Part shown: piece after piece, positions 30,362 to 40,410 of the stretch
Layout of the letters: each line of letters opens with the position of its first letter
How positions within the stretch are numbered: the stretch's first letter is position 1
DNA from: Psilocybe cubensis
Taxonomy: Eukaryota
DNA length: 64,000 nucleotides
Assembly: GCA_017499595.2 (NCBI GenBank)
Contig: CM039001.1
Coordinates: forward strand, 1,488,001 to 1,552,000
Reading direction: 5' to 3'
Notes under the pieces: generated by a model
Databases searched by the model: none
What the model saw: only the letters and a program-made list of their open reading frames with translations
Told to the model about the DNA's origin: nothing
Made by a program: the position numbers and the translations under genes

Positions 30362-31571
30362 ATGCCTCTCGGTCCAACGTCGTCCGCGATCAACATCAAC
30401 GGGAGCACAGTCTCGGACCCTGCGCCTGGTGTCCCGTAAGTTCTCCTCTATAGCCTGCATCTGGTCGCAATCTTGGGGATCGTCTTTAATTACCTCCATG
30501 CCTTTTTTTTCGTTCAGACGTACCCCAACAAATATCACGATACATCCTGTCGCCTTGTTCTCGATCCTTGATCACTACCTTCGCCGCACAGACACCCAGG
30601 ATCGTGTTATTGGAACTCTTCTCGGCACGCGACACGACAATGAGGTCGAGGTTCGCTCATCATTTGCCGTGCTACATAGCGAGACAGACGAACAAGTTGC
30701 CGTCGATATGGATTACCACCGTACTATGTACGATCTCCACCATAAGGTAAACCCCAAAGAGGTCATCGTAGGATGGTAAGTGGTTAAAATTTTCTTACGG
30801 TTTGTGATGTCTTAATTATATTCCACCAGGTACTCTACTGGTTCGAACCTCAACACTTACTCCGCCCTCATCCAAAATTTCTATTCCCAAGAAACTGGCC
30901 CCCATCAGGCAATTCATATTGCGGTTAACACTGGGGTCGAAGAAGGACAGGAAGCTGGTGTCAAGGCCTATATAAGGTGCGTGCTAATCCAATTCATCCG
31001 AGCATGGACACCACTGACATAACGCCTGGCCTGGGCAATTAGTTCACCCGTAGGCGTGTCCCCTAAGCCCGAAAATTGTGTATTTGTTCCAGTTCCCGTG
31101 GAACTGCGTTTCCACGATGCAGAGAAAAGTGGCCGTAAGTTTTTTACGTTCTGCGTTACATTTTTCAAATGTTCATCATTTATCCAGTCGACCTTCTCGC
31201 AAACACCGCAAACCTTCCTTCATCGACATCATCTCAGCCCATTGCTGACCTTGAGATCATCGAGAATGCAGTTCAGTCTGTGTCTGATATGCTCGACCGT
31301 GTTCTTGCATACGTGCGTGCGGTTCTTGCTGGAGAAAAAAAAGGTGATCCTGCCATCGGTCGGTATCTCATGAACACACTGGGTGCGAGCACGGAGGATC
31401 TAGAGAAGGGGGGCTTTAATGCCAGCCTACAGGTAATATTCTCCTATCGAATAATTTTCAAGAATTCTGATTGCTTTGTTGTAGGACACTTTGATGATAT
31501 CCTACCTTGCTAACCTTGTGCGGGCACAGGCGGAGGTTTCTTCTCGTTTGGCTCTCACCGCCGCATCATAG
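30362..31571 (+). CDS. EIF3F: Translation initiation factor eIF3 subunit F (inactive MPN domain)
   Basis: '[16 protein letters not shown]', 'RVIGTLLG', '[31 protein letters not shown]', C-terminal '[17 protein letters not shown]'. Confidence 0.9.
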
Positions 31572-31644
31572 AAAACACAGTTTCTGATGCTTTTGTTGTA
31601 CCTTTACTATCTGTGAATTGATACTATACGGCGGGTATCATCAT

Positions 31645-32576
31645 CTAACTGTTGAAGATACGAGAATGTTGCAGGTCGTGTCGCCCTGCTAGGATCTCTC
31701 CAAGGGGCCAAGTATTCGCGGGCCCCATTGATACCTCATCAAATACACTATCAAGCAGGCCGGTTCGAAGATTTTGACATTTCGTTACTTCAGCCGCTAC
31801 TAGGGGTTGGACGATGTGCAATAGTATTTGTTGTGCACCATATGGCCCAAGGTCGTTCAAACGAACGGAAGCTGATAGTAAACTTCTCGCATGTAAAAAC
31901 AGATGAAGATACTGAGACCGTTCTGATTTGTCGTTATTGGTTAACTTGTTTCTGTGGCCTAGAGATGTTGCAACGCACCCAGAGCAAGGCCGAGAGCCGC
32001 TGTCAGTGCACCCCAGCAAACTGGGAGATGCCCAGACACCTCTTCTCTTCGTACCTTGAGTTTAAACTTGTCGAAGAGCGTCCGCGTTCGAGCCTCGTGA
32101 TCTTGCGATTTAGCGTCCGAAAATACGGGTTGCGAGGGAGGCCGCGAGAATCCCTTTAAATACAGTGTGAGTAAGGAGACGCCTTGAGACATGGATGCCC
32201 GTCTTGCAACATGGTTTAGGGTCATCGCCTGATATAGCTCGTCGAGATCTGTGAGGGTCTTGAGAATGCCATCTAACCCCCCGCCACCCTTCCCTGCCTC
32301 TCCCTGATTCCCGTCCTGGGCTTGAAACAAGGCATATTCCTCCACTGCACGATGAGCGTCGGAAACGAAAGGAAGTGCGGTTCTGGCATACGAAGCTAGA
32401 GAATCGCGTACAAAATCAATGGTTGCACTCTCCGGCGAACTTGCAGGCGATGGAAATCCATGCTTGACGTAGGATTCTAGGCCTGAAGATGCGACAAATG
32501 CACCAGTTGGCAGGTTGCTATCGGATAGGAGTAACAGTATGTAAGTTTCTGAGAGATCGTTGTGGTCGCTGCTCAT
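31645..32576 (-). CDS. ureF: Urease accessory protein UreF
   Basis: 'LLLSDSNLPTGAFVASSGLE', 'GHLPVCWG', 'SLLSASVRL..LGPYGAQ', C-terminal 'HDLQHSRIFNS*'. One intron. Confidence 0.93.
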
Positions 32577-32609
32577 GGTGGTAGTGGCGAATATCTAGGC
32601 GCACTTCGC

Positions 32610-32623
32610 AGATAAGATAAGAT
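32610..32623. promoter_or_regulatory. Tandem overlapping GATAAG (GATA-factor) sites upstream of ureF
   Basis: AGATAAGATAAGAT lies 34-47 bp upstream of the ureF ATG. Confidence 0.45.
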
Positions 32624-32808
32624 GTCCGTGATTTGTTGTCCGGAGTGGCTTGCCGGTCACGTGTGAGTAATTAGAGGAGCTCCGAAGGATGGGTCTGACG
32701 TTTTATCTTCCTTTCTCTCTACTTGCGGCGGCGTTAACAGTACAGAGCCACCACACCCTTACAGAACTGCACAATATTTGCTCCCTTGAAAAATAGGATC
32801 TATCACTA

Positions 32809-34801
32809 ATGAGGGCAATACGCAGGGTCCCAGTATCACCTTTGCCTCTTACTCACCGGATCTCCAATGCATCGTTCAATCAACGAGCTGCAATCTCCTC
32901 TGTAGCCTCTTCTTCCATCCGCAGCCCAAATGCAAAGTCCAGGGGACGCGCTATGAACTCCTCTCTCGCAGTAGAACCCGGTCGCCTACCCAATCTAGCC
33001 GAACAAGAGTTCTTCGCCAATCGTTCTGCAAATCCTACCCCTACTAATCATACCCCAAGTCAAGACCCTTTTCAAGGTATTTGCGTCAGATGTTAGTCTT
33101 GGATGATATTTAACTTTGAAATTTTTAGAGTATCTAACACCGTTACGTCAATACCAAAAATTAATAGACTCTGGAGCTTTGCGAGGGGACGACCACCAGA
33201 CACGGATCATACAAAAACTACAGGATCTACACGACAAGCTTTTAAATTATGTACCACCTGAGATACCCGAAGAATCCCATTCTAACTCATTGGTGAGCGA
33301 ATTGTTCATCGATTCTGAAATGAAGCTGACGTCCATCTTCAGCTATCTCGGTTGTTCAGCCGTGAACTACCGTTGCCAACATCTCCTCCAGAATCTGCCC
33401 CAAAAGGATTATACCTTTATGGCGACGTCGGGACTGGAAAGACGATGCTTATGGATCTATTTTACCAAACTCTTCCGCCATCTGTGAGACGGAAACGACG
33501 GGTTCACTTCCATGCCTTCATGATAGACGTCCATAAACGTTTACACGCCGCCAAGATCGCTATGGGCTATCAAGGTGGTGACCCAATAGTGCCTGTGGCG
33601 CGGGACCTTGCTAGAGATGCCTCAGTCCTTTGTTTCGACGAATTTCAGGTGACTGATATTGCCGACGCGATGATTCTGCGGCGGCTTCTCGAGTCGTTGG
33701 TCAACTACGGTGTTATATGCGTAATGACCTCAAAGTGAGTGAGCATGGCCCTTGTAAACGCACATCTCTCACTGACAACATGTGATCCAGTCGACATCCT
33801 GATGACCTTTATAAGAATGGAATTCAGCGGTCGAGCTTTATCCCAGCAATAGAACTCATTAAAGCCAACTTCGATGTTACTGACCTTGACTCTGGGACAG
33901 GTACGCAAGGCATGCACCCCGTTTACCCGACTCTGAACACTGTGCCATGCAGATTATCGACGAGTTCCCCGTGCATTGTCACATGTGTACTATTCCCCAA
34001 TCACACCTGAAAATAACCGTGAAATTGAGAAGATTTTCAAGTCCCTGACTTCCGAAAATCCCGACGATCCTCCAATACGCAACAGGAAGTTGAACACATG
34101 GGGCCGAACCATTGTTGTGCCGGAAAGTTCTCGCAAAGTTGCTAAATTCAACTTCATGGATTTGTGTGGGCAGCCTCTCAGTGCCGCGGACTACATAGAG
34201 GTTACGAAAAACTTTGGAACGCTGTTCGTGACAGATATTCCCAAGATGGGAATGCATCAGAAGGACCTGGTGTGTCATTTTCTCATGGTCAATTAGCTGC
34301 ATGTGATGCTCATGTTGACTGGTTTCATAGGCACGAAGATTCATTACTTTCATTGACGGTGTGTGCACATATGTCGACCTTTATGAAATTTAATCCAACA
34401 TATAAATATCAATTTTCCCACAGCTTGCTACGAAAGCAAAGTAGGTTCATTTGTCTTCACTTATCGAAAGCATCACTCATTGGGGCCTTTTAGACTAAGT
34501 TATTTGTGACATCGGAAGTTCCTGTCTTCCAGGTTTTCTCTGATGATCCTACAGAAGAAGCGAAGCAAATTCATATATCAGACCATATGCGTAGCGTCAT
34601 GGATGATCTTGTGAGCAATAAAAATTTCTGTATATTTGCGATATACTTCTTACGCTGCTGTATTAGGGATTAAACCATACTGCTGTTGGGGGAAGTTCCA
34701 TGTTCACTGGTGAAGAAGAAGTATTCGCATTTGCACGCGCTTGTTCGCGCTTGGTTCAGATGGGAAGTAAGGAGTGGGCTGAAACAGCTGGACAAATGTG
34801 A
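32809..34801 (+). CDS. AFG1: AFG1/LACE1 (ZapE-like) mitochondrial ATPase
   Basis: Arg/Ser-rich presequence, '[20 protein letters not shown]', 'RRVHFHAFM', '[17 protein letters not shown]', 'LYKNGIQR', 'ARRFITFID', '[13 protein letters not shown]'. Confidence 0.95.
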
Positions 34802-35164
34802 TGTCCTGGTTCCCGTTTTAATCACCTGTAGGATTTAGAGGCAAGATATATAGTTTCCTATCTACTCCGGATTTATTCAATGTTCTATCATGCCTTCACT
34901 TGCTTGTATATACATTCATATCAGTTATCAATTAATTTTGTTCAATATCATGTCGTGACAGGACAAAAGTGTTTCCAAAGCAAAGTAAGCTGAGATGCCA
35001 AAGGGCGTGTCTGACTTTCGCAGGACTCTACTAATCTGTTTGGGCGCAACTAGGAGGTCATCAATGACTTGGTGTATAGATAGCAAAACTTCATAGCAAA
35101 TAGTCTTTACAATCATCAGGTCTGACTTGGATACGTAATAATGTCCCTTCCCGTCCGGTAGATT

Positions 35165-35616
35165 TCAAAGATTTAGGTCAACTGGAGTGCAACCAAGAGC
35201 GATGAGGCCATCTGTACAGAAGCGAATCAGCGACATAGCATCTATGCCCGGAAGTGCATTAGGGGCTTACGGAAGGAATTGTCCTGGCAGCAGACGGGTT
35301 GAGCGGTGCTAGAGAAGAACAGCTCAGAATTTAGATCGCTACATAACATATATGAAGGAGTATACCATGAATCTCCACCGAGGCCAATGACGCTAATTGG
35401 GGAGCAAGTAAGGCCAACTGTGGCGGTAACGTCCTGGACAACGATGCCTAAGAGCGAGATAATCTTTGACGCGGCAGAGCTGTTAGCGGTGGTGAGGCTG
35501 TCGCAGCACTGGAGGCCGCCAGTATTGCACTGGCTCGCTGGCTCGTTTCGACGGGTTGGGGTGGCGGCCGCAAGGGTGGCGAAAACAAAAGTCGCAACTG
35601 AGAGTTTCAACTGCAT
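35165..35616 (-). CDS. Class I hydrophobin (3 exons)
   Basis: Signal peptide MQLKLS..., eight-Cys pattern C-X6-CC...C...C-X5-CC...C ('[10 protein letters not shown]','VGLTCSPI','[11 protein letters not shown]','[14 protein letters not shown]'). Confidence 0.95.
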
Positions 35617-38290
35617 ATTGGTAGACAGGCTTGAACAAATGCTGCAGATTGTTCGAGTGAAAGGATTGGACACAACACGCAAGCCTTTATGTTTTTCTGG
35701 AGGACCCTTGATGTAAATGTTTATTTAGCAACACTTTCAACTGGAGAATAAACGCGTTCACAAAAAGCTTAAGCCGAATATATTACATGTCAAAGTGGAG
35801 TTTCCAAGATCCAGTGGTACATCACCACCTTTCCAACCGTTCTTTTCTATGAGGGTGATGTCCGATAGGAGGAATTTTGTAGATAGGCCTTTCGACAAAC
35901 AAACAAGACGCGCAGAATATCAGATCAATGACGTTGCGCGAGAATGGAGGTACACAAGTATAGAACAGCTAAATGGGTCGCCGACACGAGGCAACCTTCC
36001 TGATGTTAAAGACGCATTGAGTTCGATGAATAAAACCTGAGATTATTACCAGCATCGATTTACAGCGGGCACGCGACAGACAATCCCACACGGTGCCAAC
36101 CGACATCACGAGGTGGCTATAGAGAGAAGTGAATTTTTGTACACATGGAAGACACAGTATCGACAGAGGCGGGGCCGCGGTCCAGATGGCGAATAAGTCA
36201 AGTTGTCGGGTATTCCAGGTTCTCAGGCATTGCCTAATATCGTATAATGAAAACGTGAAGTAAAACTTCCGACTCCAAAAGCCGTCGCAACTATTATTCT
36301 AAAATGAAAGGATGTGATCAGAGCAAGATGAAGGCAATATTCAATTGTAATTGAATTAAAAAGGCAACCGACGCACTGGTATATGTATGAAGGTAGCGAT
36401 GCTGAATCCAACCGCTGTTTCCAATAAAGCATTTGGCGGATTACAACAGTATAATGCATACCACATATTTTATTATTTTTTGTATGCTTTCCTCAGAAGG
36501 GCTTGAAGATGTGGCAACGGACCAAAGGGTAAACGTTCGCCAAAATTTGAGGTGTGAGGGTGATTGACAAGCAGATCTGCAGGCAACTGTGGGTAGTTGT
36601 GAAGCCATCAATTGACTATGCTCCACTCGTCTCACGTAACATAACAGGATACTCTTCGTAGAAGGACAAGTGAGATGCACCGTTAACCAGTAACGAGTAC
36701 TGCATTTTATGCATTATTATATCTCCAGTTCAAACTTGGTTCCAACGTGAGCAGCCTGAACGTCAAGCCCGTCTGGCTTACTGTTGACAGTTTGAAGATT
36801 CTCTAGAGAAATTACTATAGAGATAGGCAGAAGTATCCTGCGGAATAGCAAGGCGAAGGGGTCCAAGAATGAGAGATGAGATTGAGCAAAGACGTAGGAC
36901 TTGAAGCTTGAAGGAGCAAAGTCAAAATTGAAATATATTGCAACGGCAGTATTGCGTCACACACCTGTCACAAACACCACACCCTAACTCTTGTCATGTT
37001 CTTTGCACTCATCCGCCTTAAGAGCGGCCAACCCTCCGTCACACATGTGGTTTTGAACCGTATTTTCTCTCCAGCAGAAAAGCTCACAGCTCCCACGGTG
37101 TAGAAACCATGCCCGTACCCCGATATATCTACAAATTCCTTGGAGTTTCCGACAATTACTACGTGTAGCCGTAGTATGCCAGAATATACAAAACGCGCAT
37201 GGAAATATGAGTGCAGATATGATTGTCTAGAAACGCCTATGGAGGTAATATCTTGGATCTGGAGCTCGAACGCAATACACGCGAGAAATTCTCTGGCCTT
37301 GTCTGGTTAGGGAAACGGAAGGGCTTAATGAACAGGGGAAACATCTTGCGTGTATTACTGGCGAAAACTTCTATTCTCTCACTTGGAGCCCCAGAAACGT
37401 AACCGAGCAAACCTGAAGGGACAGGGGGAATTCGATACACCAATTTTGTGTTTATCTCATGTCACCTTGGCCTGTCAATCGCCATGATGTGAGATGCACA
37501 CCCTTGATATGTTATACGAATGCTTTTCCAACATTAATACTCCTCCTCAGAACTCCTTGGTCATTTCACGTACTTTAGACATTGGCACTAGAAAGTCATC
37601 GCTGGACAAACATTCAGAATTGGTGCACCTCTATCTATCCGATTTTTGGAATTTACAAGCAGTGGAAAACATATTTTGCTAAATGGACCACCGGAGTACA
37701 TTCCTGAAGCCATGCGGTATCTGTGACCGCGTTATGTTCAATTAGTTCTCTCCGTCCTCACTTCTGGGTATACTGCCTGGAGAAACACGCTGCAGCTCGT
37801 TAGATCTCAAATCTCTGGCGTCATCGACCCTATTGTCTATGTGTCGAACGTTCTGTCAGACATCAAATCGTTTATCTATCTCAAGGCGTTACGTCTCACA
37901 CCCCGTTTTCAAGGGAGGGGTGTATTTTTCCGCCATCAAGTTCGACGCCGAAAGACTATCCCACTCCTTCAACGTAAAGATCCCTTTTGTATTGCAGATT
38001 GTATCTTCCTTATGTGGGCGTTTCAAGTGGGATAATTTTCCCGCTGAGATTACCTTAACTAAAGCTTGTTAACCGTTTAATTTGTGACGCAATGTTTCGT
38101 CTACAATGCCCACTCAACGTCATTCTTTCGGCTCTTTCATGGTCCAACAAAACTGTTCAGGGCAGAACAACTGATTTGATGCCTGAGCTCCACTTTTCAG
38201 ATACCATGGCTCTGTTCAGACGGTCTGAACACTGGTAATCAGGTTGTTGTATCATACTCTGAATTGCTCAGTTTATCATTCCACCAAAAA

Positions 38291-38299
38291 CTATAAAAA
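38291..38299 (+). promoter_or_regulatory. TATA box of the plus-strand hydrophobin
   Basis: CTATAAAAA lies ~60 bp upstream of the ATG at 38355. Confidence 0.7.
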
Positions 38300-38354
38300 C
38301 GAAGGAGCCCTTGCCCACTCGAACAATCCGCAACATTTGTCCAAGCTCTACAAA

Positions 38355-38805
38355 ATGCAATTCAAGCTCTCTGCTCTTACTGCCCTTGCTTTGACCACCC
38401 TTGCGGTTGCCACTCCCCTTCGTCGTGATCAATGCGACACCGGGTCCATTCAATGCTGCCAGAGCGTCCAATCGCCCACTAGCTCCGCCGTCAGTGCCAT
38501 CTTTGCACTCTTGGGCATCGACGCTCAGGATGTCACCGCCCTCGTCGGGCTTACCTGCTCACCCGTCACTGTCATTGGTGCGGGATCCAATAGCTGGTAC
38601 GATAATTCATCAGCCTATTCAAGTCAAAGTCAATTGATTTGTTCGAATTTTAGCACTGCGCAACCTGCATGCTGCACCGACAACTCTTTCCGTATGTGCC
38701 AGATACATTTTATGCCTTATTCATTATTATTCTTATGTCTGACTTTACTTTTTAACTCAACCAGATGGCCTTGTCGCTCTAGGATGCACCCCCATCAGCC
38801 TTTAA
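38355..38805 (+). CDS. Class I hydrophobin (3 exons), paralogue of the 35165-35616 gene
   Basis: MQFKLSALTALAL..., 'QCDTGSIQCC', 'VGLTCSPV', 'AQPACCTDNSF', 'GLVALGCTPISL*'. Same two intron positions as its neighbour. Confidence 0.95.
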
Positions 38806-38937
38806 GTGATTTGTTCGCCAGTTGATAAATACCAGCAGTCCTCCTGTCCGCAGATTAAGGCACATATAGCTGGTGGAAGGGGACGATTCTTGTTTACAAT
38901 CAGTTAGCATGTGTGAGGTCGGTAGTTGGGCATTATA

Positions 38938-38960
38938 ATTGATTGATTGATTGATTGATT
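38938..38960. repeat. (ATTG)n tetranucleotide microsatellite
   Basis: attgattgattgattgattgatt downstream of the hydrophobin stop codon. Confidence 0.8.
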
Positions 38961-39356
38961 TCCATTTGTGTGTGAGCTGTTCCGGTGATGATTCAAAGAA
39001 CTACTATATAAATCGTAAATTAATAGCAAACTAAATCTGAAATAGGCGCCCCTATGCATCATCGCGTATTCGTCATGTGAGCGCGCACCCGCACGGGTCA
39101 TGTAACCATGAATCAGGAGTCCAGGGCCCAAAACCAAGGTCATCGTGATTTGATGTCAGGCTTCTGAATTATCTGAGTCAGTACTTCCGATGATGTCTGA
39201 GTCACCCTCCGAAGTTCGAAGAGTGTCGTCCTTTGTAGAGCATTCTCGCACGATGGATCACATATCGATAAGAACGCAGTGCGAATTCCCGTGTTGAAGT
39301 TAATACAATTACGATTGAAATACAAGTGTTTCGTTGACTCCGGAGCATGGTATAAA

Positions 39357-39961
39357 CTAGATGCCAGTTAGACCCTTTCCGCGACTGTCCACTATATTGC
39401 TTCCTCGTGCGAGGTTAAGGCTGAAAGCATCCTTGATACCTTCACCACTTTGCTCCTTTCCATTCTTCAGCATGAATTCCACAACATCAATGTCCTTGTG
39501 TGTCCCGAAGACAGTGTCAAGCTGCTGTTTTGATGGTTGACGGAGGATTCCTTGCGAGCCCTGACCGGTATGGAACACAGTAAATGCTACCCCAGATTTT
39601 AACGATCTTGTGATCAAGCGTAGAATCATATTAAGGAGACTTACAGTCCACAACTTCAGCTAGTGGGATCGTGCTATAAGGATATTATGAGCAAGAAGTT
39701 AATAAAATCCAAATGTTGATAAGTTATTTACGTGTCTGCAAACCAAAATTTATTAGATGATAAAGAAATCTAGAGGTAGAAGCAACTCACCGCCATCCTT
39801 CCACTTCTTATACTATATGACCAACCAAAAGAGTAAGTAAGGAAGAAATAAACTGGTTTGCAGAGGATAGTACATACAGCATCTGGGTTTACGATGATCA
39901 TAAATTCATCGGTTGATTGTGAGTCGGGCTTGTAAATGACTTTGGTAAGAGCGCTGGGCAT
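39357..39961 (-). CDS. RTC3: RTC3-like protein (SBDS N-terminal/FYSH domain only)
   Basis: Spliced: MPSALTKVIYKPDSQSTDEFMIIVNPDA|YKKWKDG|DT|TIPLAEVVD|SFTVFHTGQGSQGILRQPSKQQLDTVFGT...VVEFMLKNG. Confidence 0.85.
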
Positions 39962-40030
39962 TGTGATGGTGTGGGTGTGGGTTGATAGGTGGATGGAAGA
40001 TAGAAGGCGAAAGGAGTGAATACGACCAGC

Positions 40031-40107
40031 CTTTATAGTTTCTCGACCATCAATGACGTCTCCGGGGTGGGCGCGGCATCTTCCGGTCCCAATCCCCTTT
40101 GACGTCA
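40031..40107 (-). promoter_or_regulatory. RTC3 promoter: TATA, CRE-like and STRE elements
   Basis: CTATAAAG on the minus strand (40031-40038), TGACGTC at 40054, CCCCT at 40094, and a perfect TGACGTCA at 40100-40107. Confidence 0.55.
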
Positions 40108-40410
40108 CGAGACTCCGCCTGCCACCTGGATTTACCTCGACAGTTCTCGACTCATCCATCACAAGTTCCACAAAAATCATTTTCAAATCGTATTTTTACT
40201 CTTTTTTAATCGCGTCTTTCAATGCAAGATAAGATAGAAAATGATCTACCCAGAAATTTATTTTTGTCTTCTGCGTCCCAGTTCACATACAATTAGAGGC
40301 TCAAAGCACAATGCCGAAGGGAGACAAACTGGGGTTGTCGAGTCAGACAACTGGCTTCTTCAATTCTCGCATCCACTACAAATACCGAATGTGAGAAGCC
40401 ACCTAGGGGT

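Noticed and set aside
35795..38100. Short ORFs between the two hydrophobins
   Set aside because: No recognisable domains or consistent splice structure; treated as intergenic regulatory DNA.
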